A stretch of DNA of 64,000 nt, from positions 30,193,504 through 30,257,503 of the forward strand of contig OZ037765.1 of NCBI GenBank assembly GCA_964035545.1. The letters run 5' to 3'. Under the pieces are notes generated by a model that saw only the letters and a program-made list of their open reading frames with translations, did no database searches and was not told the DNA's origin. The translations under genes were made by a program, and so were the position numbers. The stretch's first letter is position 1; each line of letters begins with the position of its first letter. The DNA comes from Bugula neritina (lineage: Eukaryota > Animalia > Bryozoa). Shown one piece after another: positions 1 through 13,423 of the stretch.

Positions 1-982
1 GGTAAGAGCATTCGAAAGGAAGACTTTGAAGTTGGCGATTTATTTGAATCAGATTTTAGTCATCTTTCTTTTATATTCTGTTGCTAAATTCTCAATGTCT
101 CTTGTGTTTGTAGCATCCACTTCGGGAGTGACTGTGTCCACATTGACGGGCTTTGTCTGGGCAGGAATAGCCACTGTAGTGGTTGTTATTTTGGTGGCGG
201 TCCTGGTAGTCAGGACCAAATTGCACAATGCTGCCACATCTGACATTGAGTCATCTACTGCTCTTAGCAGCTGAGTTTTTATTCAATTTTTTCACCAGGA
301 ATAAATTGCTCAATCATATCAATTTTATATTTTATTTATATGTGTGGAGTGGGCATTGGATTTATAAACACATGATCAATAATGTATCAATATGTTTGGA
401 CACGGAAGTCCTAAACTGATAATTTGCTTTTACTCAGAGCTCTAAAACTTGTGACAAGCTATCTCTAATAGTGGTATATCACACACGAACATAGCTTTTA
501 GACTTAGTTCTTTATAGAGTGCTACAAATTTAGCACTTAATATGTATATACTTTCCATTTAATAATAAACTGTGAAAACCCAACATACTGTACATTGCTG
601 ATACTCAACATATAATAGCAAATTTCTCAGGAAATATTACAATTTTGACTTCTTAAATGTTTCACCGCAACATTGCACAGGCTATATGATACGAATTGCA
701 AATTAAAACTATTCAACTAATAACTACAAACCAAAAACTGCTAAGATGAACATGTAGCATCCACACAATTAATATTAAGCTGCAGCCACTTATTGCAAGT
801 TTAGCATATAACTAAATTCACTATACCAATTGTTTAATGTGTGAATAATGTGTATTTAAATAATTTAAAAAGTGAATGTCAGAGTATTATGATGAAAAGA
901 GAGAAAATATTTACAAATGTTACACGAATGCTTATAAAAAGAAAAAATAAGTAGAAGGAATATCCAAGAATGATCAGGTGGG

Positions 983-3900
983 TCACACCACAGTTTCCTG
1001 TTTTCTAGTAACAGTTGGTTCAATTCCTAGACATGTTTCTACATCGTTACTAGAATCTGGAAGGATAGTTTCGGAGTTGTCTGCTACAGATTCAATTGGC
1101 TGAGTCTTTTCCATCTGCGAAGCACTTTGGCTGACTGCATTTTGAATACAGCTTAGCCACTGCCTCTTGTCATGTTCATCTCTGGCGTATAAAGTGTGAG
1201 GATGGCCGTTGGCTCGCGAAAATACTCGAAAAGCGCATTTATCTGCAATAAAAAGGAAATTACATAAGACACAGCAATATGATGTATGATCAAACTTATT
1301 GGTAAATTATGATTTACACTTTACCCTAGAGAAATTATTTATTGCAAAACTAGAAATATATAAGAAAGGTGGCACAATAGAATTAACATTTTGATAACCA
1401 AAAATTGAGAAATAAAAGACATGAGTGAATAAAACCGTAACTCAAAGGGACTTACCATGAGATGTATGACGAAGAACTTTACTTTTAAAGGATCCCTTCT
1501 TGTTTTCAGTCTCCGAGAGATCAATGAGTTCCAGTTCGGAGAGAGGAATTGGGTCTTTGACTATCTGGTAACTCAGCTTATTATTCCTTGTAGCAGTTCG
1601 AGTTACAACCATAACTTTGTCAAAGAGCACGACATGCAACTTCTACAAGGATAGACGACATAATCTATAAATAAATGACACAAACTGGCGAGAATTACCA
1701 TTATTCATAATGAAAATACTCGATTTCATAACATGGATTTCAAGGGTTTGGTTTTCAAGAGGAGATAGGAATTCTCAGTTTTTATTCCTCGAGAGGCTGA
1801 TGTTCTCGTCACAGTAATGACGATCGAACTTTCAAAACATAATTTGGAAATACAAGAGAATCATGGGGTGATCGTATCCACTCAGTTGTCACATGATTCA
1901 ATGTAATGCTCTTGAAGCGTGACATTCCTCCTCACCGGCAAGGAATTATAAATTCCGTTTATTTGAATTAATGTTCCGCGTTAAGTTAAAATAATAGAGC
2001 TGACGTCATTAATTGGAAATAATTTTATTTCAATTATCCCAATGTGTTACAGTAAGCCAAGCATGGTATAGACTGAATAATCCCATCTCCCCTTTCCAGT
2101 ATTACACTAACAGCTACACAACCCCCTTCTTTAAACTAGTACTACAAACACATCAACTTTAAACAGCTGTTTGAAAGTTGTTTTATATAAACTATTATAA
2201 TAATACAGTGCTCCCTCCATATCTCACTCAGCTACGGTCATGACATACCAAAATACCAGATTTAACTCCTGGCTCTATTAAATTCGGCCATTTTGTCTCT
2301 ATACACACATACATAAGCCACAAAACGGGGGAGGGGGGGGGGTACAAGTGACTTATGGAATTTCATGAGAAATAGAACTGTGAACTATGGAGGAAGCACT
2401 GTATACAAATATAACGCAGTAAGCCAGTTTTATTTAATATCACCAACATTAGAGTTCTGTGGCATCACTCTATTCTACAAAACATTTCAATGCGGCGGCA
2501 GCAGCCAGCAGCATACTTACAGTTCCCCGGTCGTTCTTGAGTTGGCCGGAGCAGAGGACGGATTTAGACTGTTCGATGTGTAGTGACTTCTGAGTGTCAT
2601 AGAGATACTGCAAGCTCTGGATGGTGTATTTGCAAACTGATTCACCCATTCTCACATCAACATCCTTGATTACTGCTTCCACTCTTTCGATCTGCAATTT
2701 CATAATTCTGTTAGAACAACAAAACATGAAAATTTACTGTTTTTCACGTATGCAAACACAATTCGTATTTATAGCAGCAGGCAACAAAAACACATTATTT
2801 TATAGCAAACATAACAATTTGATATATTTAGAAAGAAAAAATGTAGTCTTGTCACATTTGACAGAAGAGAATAATATTTGGTAACATTTGATTGATCAGA
2901 CAACCCAGGAGTGGGTGTTATTGCAGTGACAGGTTAGGTATTGCAACTGCATTGCAACAGCAAACAAAGCACCGGCAAACAGGCAAACAATGTGGAATAA
3001 GGATAATTCAATTGTTTTATTTACTTACTAATTCGGTGATGGCTTCTTTATCAGGGTGATTATCTTCTGTCTAAAAATAGCAACAGTTCAAAGTAAAGAC
3101 AAGAAGGCAGCTCAAAGGTCACAAGCTAATGTTGCAATAAATTGTCCAGTTACCATAGAAACAAACATTTGTAAACGTGAATGTGCATAACATAAGGATT
3201 CACCGACTTTCTTTCAAAGTTATCTGCTGAACTTTTTTTTGAAAAATCTAAATCCAGTGCTAAAATCCTTACAAATCACTTAAAAATCAGACCGTAAACC
3301 TAATAGAAACTTACGTATTTGTGAATTTGTTTCAATAATATTGGATACTTTACTAAGCGACTTCTGGGAAGATCTAAAATGAAACACAATAACGATAATT
3401 AGGACCCCTATCAACATACACCAGTCGGCTATTCCATTGATAAAGCATATCATTTATTAATCATGATTCAACAGTCCATCTGTACAAATGACTTGCCATT
3501 ATCTTTCAGAAATCATTCAAAGTCTACACTTTGTATTATTCAGCTCTAAAGATTCCTGTTATTACTATTCTGAATGAACTATTGACTAGATACCTAAGAA
3601 ATTCCACAGATCCAGTTTCCTGCTGAAAGGCGACTCTAAACATCTGGTGAGAAAGTCATCAACTTTCTTATCTGTTTTCTTTGTGTCCAGCAAACCCTTA
3701 GCAAACACTTGATTGGCGCAGTATGTCTCGTAATGGCGTAGGTTAGGCACCTGCAGTCAAATACAACACATGCCAATCAACTAGACACGATGCTGCCAAC
3801 CAGGCACCGCTGCCGCTATTATCAGTCAACTTAAAGCAAAAACAAGCCTTTCGCATAAACAGACAAAAAGTTTAAACAGAAAAAATCCCTCCATTAAGAG

Positions 3901-6900
3901 CAGGTTGTGTGTGATTTGGCATGGGTAATGCAAAGCAGTTTTTTGTGCAAAAAGGTTGTTTTGTGTTTTCATAAAACATACAAGATTACAGTGAGTACAG
4001 TCTCACAATAGCAACAACAATGGGCTATTATTATACCAGAGAGAGAGACCATTACTACAATACACAATGTAATTAGGCTGCTTCACCTCCAACAACTGGT
4101 GTGAATGTGAATGAGACAGTTGTGGAGAATGGACCTAACAAATGCGCTACACTCTATTACAGGAAATTAGCAAACAAATAATTCATTCAGTGCACCACTC
4201 GCCCCAAACAGACAGACTGATTGTACTACAGCGTGCAGGTGTGTGCAGGTGTACTTACCCACTTGGAAAGAGTTTCACCTATACCGTCTATTGTACCATC
4301 GGCTTTCCTCAACGCCTTTAAATTGCTCAGCAAATCTACAAGGAGCAAAGCACGCGTAGTAAACAATGTGGGAGTCAACACATCACAGCGTGAAATGCAC
4401 TCACTTCAACTTATCCCAGCTAGTCATAACCTGGAGCAGGTTGTATATAAATTACCTGAGAAGTTGTAAAAACACAACAACTTATAAATAAAATCCTCAT
4501 TCACTCTGCACTGGAAGCACCTAACGCCTTCTCTAAACACCTTTTTGTTATTTTTATTGAACACAACTTATTTATAGGTGAGAGGGTCAGCCTTATTATT
4601 TTTGTTGATACAAATCAAACATAGTGGGGGGGGCATAAACCCCCCTACCTGACATGAGGTTATAAATCTCTGCTAGAGTTCAATTCTGTGTCAAGCCTAT
4701 GGGGAAGTGAAAAACAGAGCGAATATGGGGAGCAGATGGTGGCCTTACATGACTTGTATCATATGACCCAAGGCTAGATAACACCGAGTGAGATCAGCTT
4801 TCACAATATTTATCTTATGAGTCAAACGCAGGATAAGAATAATCCAAGGGATGACACAATCATTACACGCACAGATTTGAATAGATAGCAATGTGTAATA
4901 AGAGCTCATGGTATTTACACAAGCCTTCGAGTACACACAGAGTGTGAATTAGCCATTCTCTGCATTCTTACCTTCGTGAAATGGCACCAGCCTCTCCACA
5001 ATCCCGAATATACTATCTAACTCTTTCTCGGTCATAAGTTTCAGCTTCTTCATGGGGTAGTAGTAATGCTAATAAAAAAACAACAAACCCGTATTATAGA
5101 GTGCAGCAACTTCATTAATAAATAAACTCGTAGTCTCACTCCGCTGTAATTGCCAACAGACCATTCAATTATCAAATAAATGGGGCCAGCAATCCAGTTT
5201 TATGGCCCAGCAATTGCCAAGTTATATAAAATGCTCATTAGAGAGCCCTAATGAGCGTAGAATATAGATTAGATTGGAGAGCAAGTAAGAGGGCTGCCAA
5301 GTACCTTGTGCACTGATCTCAGATCTTCTATCAGGTCCACCTCCCCCTGCACCAGCTCGTGTATAGCCTGTAACAAGAGGATAACAAGGATATAGCCACA
5401 GATTGTGGTGAGAGCTGCAGTACCCAGTAGTAGATGAAAGTGTAGCAGACCACCACTAGGGCCTAGTACAGTGGAGACTGGCACCAGACTATAGGTCTTG
5501 TCTTTGATGACATGCACCCAATAGCAGCTAATATAATAGTATTATAGTAGATCTACATAATGGCTAGACACTGGAACCTATCACACTAGCAATAATTGGC
5601 ATTGATGTGGTCCTACTAAGCCATAGTATTTCCAGCACCATTTAATCATAATGACTGCAGATCTGTTAGGAAATACAACTCTATAATGCTGTGGTTAAAT
5701 ATTAAAAAGTGTAATTAGTATCTTGAAAAGTGTCCATATTAAGGACTGATTATATCTTTAAATAGCAATAACCATGTGCTTGGAGAAATACTTTCACATA
5801 CTTTACTCTGCAGTTTAGGGAAAGTCTACATACCTCTTGGCGTTTGATCTCGTTGGAACTGAAGGACAGAGCGGCCTGGTCTACCGTATCAGACCACAGT
5901 TTACTGGTCCTACGGTCTATGCTGGCTGGTTTTGGTTTCTTATAAGGAGTTATCTGTCTCTGTGGAGTGTGACCTCCGGCTGCTGGAGTGCTCGGAGCTT
6001 TGAAACTGAACGTTCTCTGTAAATGAAACAAGCTACAAGTGACTGAACTATAAATATACTACAAGACATGTTACTTTAAGAAATGTACAAACCTTAAGCG
6101 ACTTTCTGTTGCCTACACAAAGCTTGCAATTAGTTTTGCCAGATCTGTTCTTTAAGACAGAGAGTCTTGCCATACTAAGGCTGCTGATCACGCAAAGGTT
6201 TAATGAACAAATGGTGTGCTGATATAACGCTACCTCCACAGTAGTTGCAGTCACATGGTAGTTGTGATAATATAGAAACATGAAATATATTCCGAGATAA
6301 AACAACTTTTACAAAAAATTTACTGTTTATTTTGGCTGGTCACAGCCACCTCAAGTGTAGCCTTTATAAAAAAGCTAGCAGGGTGGCAGTTGCTATGAAA
6401 ACAAACCTAATTACCATTTTCCTAAAGCCTGTTGGCTGAGCAAAAACTGCATAAAATTAAAGTAGCACCTTTTTGTCAGATATTGTAAAGAGGATGTTGA
6501 CTTAATTAACTGCAGGATTTATAATCGTGCAGCCACCACCTCCAACAAAATTATAAAATAAGCTGTTTGTTTTTACAGCAAGTGACAGCCTAGCTATTAG
6601 CATATCAATAGCAGTGAAAAATAGAAGAAAGCAAATACAAAGATTAATTCTGACTTTTGCCCATCAGCTATCCCAGCTAAGCAATAGTAATTACCTTCTA
6701 GCCCTTGGGATGTGTTACAAGTACACAGACCAAATGCAACCACCAAGAATACACACAAAGAAATGACCTGGGCAAATGCTCACTAGCAACCAGTGTGTAC
6801 AAACAGTACCTTTGTAGTGGCTGGGGAGAGCATGTTGACAAAGGAGGACATTTTTGCCATGCTCCTTCGTTTAGACTTCTTTTCTGAAGGTAACTCGTGC

Positions 6901-9900
6901 TGGGAGTGAGGGGCAATATTCAGGCTGTGAACACTCATGTTATCCTCATCCACATCCTTTCTTTTCCTCTTTCTCTGCAAGGAAAATAATTTTATTAGTA
7001 TAATTCATTTCTACTAAGCCTTGTTTCACCATCAAGACATTCCAGCTAAAATTAGAGGTAGAGGCAGTAATGGAGAGAAGCCTGTGTGCCAGATCAAAAA
7101 TACAGCAAAAGAAGTTATGTCCTCCAACTAAAACTCACTAAGAAAATGAAAGATCTTAGGCTATTGAAATTTCCCTGTTACTGCACCCAATTGATTACAA
7201 ATAAATATACTCCTTTGTGTGATGAATGTTGTGTGAAGCTGAAAGGAAAGCTGGTATGTTTCTTCAACATTATGCCAAGCAAAAACTTTGACATTGCTAG
7301 GCTGAATGCAATGCCAACCTTGATTGTGGCCAGAGCTTTTTTTGCAAGAAATCACTAAGCAGTGACTTACCACAGGCATGTGTACAGTAGATCTTGCTCT
7401 CATAAACCTTACGAATGCTGACATGGTGGAAGCTAACAGTTATTGCATTAAATGCTGACAATAAATTATTAAGCATAACTAACTGTTACCCAAGCTACTC
7501 TGGCTATACTGGTAGCCAGTATTGTGTGTGTGTGAGTTTTATACTTGTGTTCTAGACTGACTGTCAGCTAGGAAATTACCAATTATAAATAGAAAGTTTA
7601 AAAACTTTTATGACTCCAAACCGAAATCTGGAAAACTTCCAAAAGTGTGACCATTACAATGACAATGGCCCCATAACGACCATCAAAACTAGACAAAAAG
7701 TTTTAATTCAACTACACACAAGATGCTGGACCTTGTTTACATAGCAATGGATAAAGTAGGATCTTTGAAAAACCCAAAAATTAAGCTCACGCAATAAAGT
7801 CAACCCATCCAGGAAACATCCTGTGACAAAAGGAACTATATCATTGGGAATTTTTTATTCTAACCTAATTGTAACAGCTGATGAGAATACACGAGATCAG
7901 GCGACATTTCAACTGGCCACCGTGGTGAGTTCCAAAGTAAATATGCTGTACAGGAAGTGCAAATTAAATGTCTATCAATTAACGGATTTAGCCTACGTAC
8001 AGTAGATAAGAAAGTTATAGTCTGCCCCATTCCAATATCAACAACTTGAAAAAATAACAGATGTACAATCTTTTCTGAAAACACGACACCCAGGGCAGCA
8101 AACTTTCAGAGAAATATTACATTTACTCCTTACCAAAGCTGCTAGAGCCAACATATGAATATCATGTTCATCCATTTCTTCCTCTTCTACTCTGTCTACC
8201 AGGTGCAACGATTGAACTATAGATTCGAAAATATCTAAATCAGTACCAGCTAAACTCTCCATAGTGCTTTTCCTCCCAAGTTTCATTGTCAATATATTAA
8301 TATACTGTTTCCTCTTGTTTATGCTAAAGCTGACTGGCTGAGCCAGAGTGCTACGTCGAAATGACTAGCCGACCTCAACCGTTGCTCATTTGTGTAGCAA
8401 ACAACTGTTGTATTGGCTATACGAGGAATTAATTAATGCTTGATTGGCCACAGATATTCGCAGTGGTGGTTTGAAAAGACTAGCCGTACTGCGCCATAGA
8501 TTATAGCACTGAATGAATGATATTCAAGGATCTCAGCGTGTCATTCGCCACACTTATTGCGTTAGATAGACCAAGTTCCACTGATGGCCTTCAACTAGGG
8601 AGCCACACCAACCCTGCCTTTTATTGTAATAGAAACTTGCAGCTGATCGCATTTTGCTTTGTTATGCAGAAAACTAGAAGCTAATCTTACCAAAAACATC
8701 TTCTGTTTACTTCTTTTCAGTAAAACAGCAAAAATGTGTCAAAATAAATTTGTTTACAGAAAACTGGCCCCAAAGCAGGAATATTTCAAATACCCTTCGT
8801 TAAACAAAAACTCAAACACGTTAAACATGCAGGCTGTTTTGAAGTATCTAAATTTAGATCACTTTCCAATTTGCGGCTGTTGCTCTTTACAGCTATAGCC
8901 TAGTCTAGGCTGCCCTGTAACCGAATTGTTTAACTTTATAATAAGAACTATAGGCAGCTGTGGAGAGAGCCTCTGCACAGGCAGCAATGGCTGTCATTAA
9001 GGTGACATATGCTTGGCATAGCTCCCTATTTTAAAGTAATATCATCTCAAATTTCTAAAAACTAGATAAGTCTAGTTTCTAAATTATTTGCAGGTCTTAA
9101 CATATTGCCTATATTAAAATTCAAACAACCTTTGACAATGAATTTTCTTTACAATAAATGTTAAATACATTGAACTGTGAAAATAAGTTTGCACACTTGA
9201 ACTAGTTTATGGTTTCGAAGACAGCTGAACTTTTAATCTCACTGGCGGCTAGTTCAAAAAGGCCTTGGACTGATATAAGGATAAAATGGACTTGGAAGGT
9301 GCTAGCTATTATAGCAGTGGTAGTCAAATAAAAGTTCCAAATGACTTTAACCCATCAATGGCATATTTTGGGTTGCAGTTCTTAGTTTTAAAAAGAGTGA
9401 CACATTTACTAACAGTAAATTAAAATATTTATGTCTATGTGAAGAAATAGTAAATATTAAAAACCGATTATTTCTTAGACTACCAGTATAATATAATTTG
9501 TTAATCTTTATTGAATAACAAATTATAGCAAATAAAAATCAACAGCTGATAGTTCAATTATATCGATTATAATTGTGCTGACAAGCATATCATCCTATCT
9601 TTAGCATATCACAATTTGTTCGAATACCACCAAGGTGCATGCATATGCAAGGTCTTACCTCGCCCACGCAAATAGGGGGTACTTAATGTGCCATAAAGTA
9701 TTTGAAATGAGATTATAGGAATGAGTTGACAGCTAAAGCATTTCTGCCAATCACAAGGGTTGGTGCTGACGTTCACATGATTTGTACACATGGCAAATAT
9801 CTCTTCCAGTATCAGCACTGAGTTAGTGTCCCAGCTCTGCCCCATTCTTCCAACCCCCAAGGCCTCTGTAATCTTCAAAGGTGGCTTGATTTTTACCCCT

Positions 9901-12900
9901 GTAACTTTGTATTTTTCAGTTACTAAGCTAGATACAGCAGGATGCGATAGCTCATAAATCAGTGCTCTGTTGCATACTCCGATGTGGGAGATATGATTAT
10001 TTATGTCTACCGCATAGATATTATTTGCTGTTCAGAAATACAACAATTAATTATTTTGTTGAAGTTTCTATGTCGTCCTTGTTGGGAGACGAGACGGCAT
10101 AGAATATTCATACTTGAAAGTGGCTTAACATATTTGCCACTCATACACACCTGATGGCTGGTAAATCCAGAAAGTAAAATGGAGAAGTAGCCAATTAATT
10201 ATCCCCATTTACAGAATGATGGACTACATTGTAAACATGGCCTATTGAGTAGCTATTATGACTTCCATTTAAATAGAGAGCAAATTTTCAATTATGAATG
10301 TAATTATTCTAAAAGATATTGAAGGAAGCAAAGAGAGAGGCTAAGAATTGGAGATTGATTAGTGGAAGCAGGTTGAACTAGTTCTCCAAGTTAGTTACTG
10401 ATTGGCACAGTAACACACATGAATATACAGCATACTCAGAAAATGCTAAAGGGTATATAACTAATTCAGAATAATCTGCTGAAAAACTATCTGTCGCAAA
10501 GCGTGTTGAACTGTTTCACAGTGTACGCTGGTCACGTCAGCGATTTAACAAAAATTTCCTTGAAGTATGACATTTCCTAACCTGTGTCATGGATCAGCAT
10601 ATTACATTACGTTATTAAGCTGAGTCACAAAACAAGCACTTGCAATAGCCCAATGACAAGAGTGTGAGTATTATAATAGCGGCACATGCCAGCAGGTGCC
10701 CTGCTTCAGGCACATGTGTACTGACCACTTTATGTATCATCACTGTATGTTACAACACCAGATAAAAAGGGTTTGAACTGTACAATATAGATTACAGAGC
10801 AATTTTAATGGCATAAAAAGTGAGCATGTTTAACATGAGGTCAGCACACAGCATTTTAATTTCATGTTTAATAAATTGGCAAAAAGTAACTACTCAAACG
10901 TTTCTAGTGACATCACCACTTAAAAACTAGAGTATGTCTAATATAGGGGCAAGTCACACTAGCTATTGATCCTCGACTATTCAAAAGGACTACAACTAAA
11001 CAGCCAGATAACCTTGTTTTTGCCCCTTGAGCTGCCACAAAATAAAGTGATGTGACAAAATGTCATTCAAGTGTCACACTATGAGACAAGAATACCCCTT
11101 TTAATAGAAATACCTTCCAGCTTGATTTCTGAACATAATGAGTAGACCATACGCTGCATGTCATTGCTGCCCTAAGGGACCACAAGGCAGCAATGGAAAG
11201 TAACAGACAGAGTGAACTGTATCACAGAAAGTAGTAACTCACAGGTCTAAGAGTGGACGTCAGCACATTCATGTCGAAGCTGGTGGTTGAAGTTATCCTC
11301 CTCAGTAGCCTGGATGTTGACCGTTTCAACTTAGGTGTAGGGGGTGCAACACTATAGTAAAATATATACACGCATATAATACAAAGTTGTTTTTATTAGG
11401 CATACTAAACCATGCTTGAGAGTTTGAAAGCAGAACTAACGATTTGAAGAGGAAGATTGTAAGCCTTCCACAGCTATTATGTACAAGTTTTATCTATTAA
11501 TAGTTCTATCAAATGTCTAGCACTGTATTCTTAGATTTAATGAACATACACTGTTTTACAGTGTATTATAGTTAGGAAAAGAAGGAGTAATAACACATAC
11601 CTATAGCTATAGCACATGCTATTCTAACTCCTTGTTCATGCTACAACTTGCAAATAGAGAACATCGCGGGACAACACTCACTTTTAGCTGTAGTGTGAAA
11701 GGGGCAATCATGTCCCAAGTTACTTGATTGCATGGTAGGTAGGTTTAGTGAATAAGGGGGTCACAGTTACAACAGTCATTAGTTGGTAACTATCAACAGT
11801 TAGCCCTACCCAGTAAGACTGCTAGGACACGTATATTATAACTAGCCTTCTAAGGCTTTCTATTTGACAATTTTATCTCTTCCAGATGCACCTACTTGGA
11901 TCTGTTGTATTAAACACTTCCCTGTGTGTCTAAAACTTGCTTATTTCGAGTAAAATTAAACCCCTGTTAGTCACTAGTTTACGTTTTTTGGTAACAAATA
12001 ATATTATCATACAAGGAAAAGTTGGCTTAACTTTAGCGGTTACACTAGTCATACCCAAAATAAAAGTAGATGTAAACCTAAACATACAGGTGGATTCTTC
12101 ATAAGACATAATAATATAACAATTTCCAGCCCCACAAATCCAAACAGCCTCAGATTATGTAAAACTCAAACATTAGATTAAAAGCATAGGCATTTTTTAA
12201 ATGCTGGGTTAACATGGAGGTTGATTACCAAGTGATAGCTATAGAATGTTTTCATGTCTTGAGGCTAGAAAAGTTAGTAAATGGGGAAATCAGACATGAA
12301 ATTTGCTGGAAATAAGTTTATTTTGTTATAAATAACAGCTACAACCACATAGATAATGGGATTTACAATGTGCTGAGTTAACTTCATAACTAGTTTGTAA
12401 CAGGATATAGTAGTAACATTTTGCTCATTCTCTTCTAGGATGAAATTTTCAATTATGTGGAAATCAGCTATGAAGGGAAACTATAATTTTACTACCAAAT
12501 TATTGCGGTACATAAATAATTAGTGCTGTTTTTCAGAACAAACATCAGGCACTACTTTATCATTCTGTAACTGTGTCATAGGTCAAAACAGCTATAGGTT
12601 TTGAGCCCAAAATACTATTTAATAGCCTGAGTAACATCACTTAGACTGAAATTTGAAGCCCACACGCCTACACCCTGGCTTAACATGAGTTATCACTGAT
12701 GTATACCCACTGCTGTATACCCACTGTTGTATACCCACTGTTGTATATACACACAGGTATGCTATTGTTTGACTCACAGCTATCATATAACTAAAATGCA
12801 TACCAATAGCCGCAGGTGAAACTGGTTGACTGGTGATAGACTTTAATATGAACAGGTAGTAATAAAACTATGATAAGCATCATCTTACTACGGATGAAAT

Positions 12901-13423
12901 CATAAAACACGCTCACTAAAGACTGCAATTCAGACAACCTTTGCCGTGAATATAATAATAGCCTCTAATAAAATGTGTCGTAAACTGATTGAAAATTTCA
13001 AGAATGCGATAACCTAAGCAATTATTTATAAGATTAATTTCACTAAGAAAACTGGGAGATAAGTCCATGTTCAAATTTAGAATTGTCTCCCCACATTACT
13101 CATATTTTATGCACCGGTAGTGACAAATGACTCATCATGACTCACTGGTTGATTTCTCAGAGTGTTTTACCTGGGCTCTTATTACCTACCAGTTCCTTGT
13201 ACTCTACCAGCAGATGAGTGTGTGCATTGCATAACAGCTGTTGACAAAAATATTTCAACAGGTACACGATGAGCACACAGCCAAGATATAACTACATGGT
13301 CAACAACAGTTACTTACACCATCTCTTTACTTACCAGATGTTAGCAGCAAGCTCACTATCACCAACTTCAGTGGCCACATGTTTGACTACACCAACATCT
13401 GGTGAATTCTCCTTTTCAGTCAT
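983..13423 (-). CDS. NET1: NET1/ARHGEF3-family Rho guanine nucleotide exchange factor (DH-PH), ~552 aa longest isoform
   Basis: Phase-consistent GT-AG exons: 13335-13423, 11243-11351, 6810-6974, 5834-6016, 5305-5367, 4972-5068, 4259-4335, 3594-3750, 3315-3373, 3029-3070, 2521-2691, 1456-1642, 983-1242. Translation has NET1/ARHGEF3 hallmarks: EIKRQEAIHEL..GEVDLIEDL, YCANQVFAKGLLD, FLTRCLESPFSRKLDLWNFLDLPRSRLVKYPILLK, PH domain LKNDRGTKLHVVLFD...HTLYARDEHDKRQWLSCI. The two 5'-most exons are less certain than the core. Probably co-orthologous to both NET1 and ARHGEF3. Confidence 0.92.
2206..2401. mobile_element. Tc1/mariner (pogo/Tigger-like) MITE, 196 bp, in a RhoGEF intron
   Basis: TIRs CAGTGCTCCCTCCATATCTCAC and GTGAACTATGGAGGAAGCACTG (3 mismatches in 22), flanked by TA on both sides (2204-2205, 2402-2403). 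Confidence 0.8.
7371..7424 (-). CDS. Candidate alternative first coding exon of the RhoGEF (MSAFVRFMRARSTVHMPV)
   Basis: CCACCATG start context, 18 codons, GTAAGT donor in phase 0, compatible with the phase-0 acceptor at 6974. Confidence 0.55.
8134..8286 (-). CDS. Candidate alternative first coding exon of the RhoGEF (MKLGRKSTMESLAG...HMLALAAL)
   Basis: ATG-initiated 51-codon open frame with an acidic patch (VEEEEMDEHD), ending at a GTAAGG donor in phase 0, compatible with the acceptor at 6974. Confidence 0.5.
12701..12747. repeat. Short 14-bp tandem repeat (GTATACCCACTGYT) x~3
   Basis: Read directly from the sequence. Confidence 0.8.

Noticed and set aside
26-274. Hydrophobic 82-aa plus-strand ORF with two TM-like stretches
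   Set aside because: Starts at TTG, has no splice or family support, and is likely the antisense reading of a Thr-rich stretch.
9609-10030. ~130-codon open minus-strand frame ending at a GTAAG donor in the RhoGEF 5' region
   Set aside because: The donor is phase 1 in the open frame, incompatible with the phase-0 acceptor at 6974. The phase-0 frame has a nearby stop and there is no recognisable motif.
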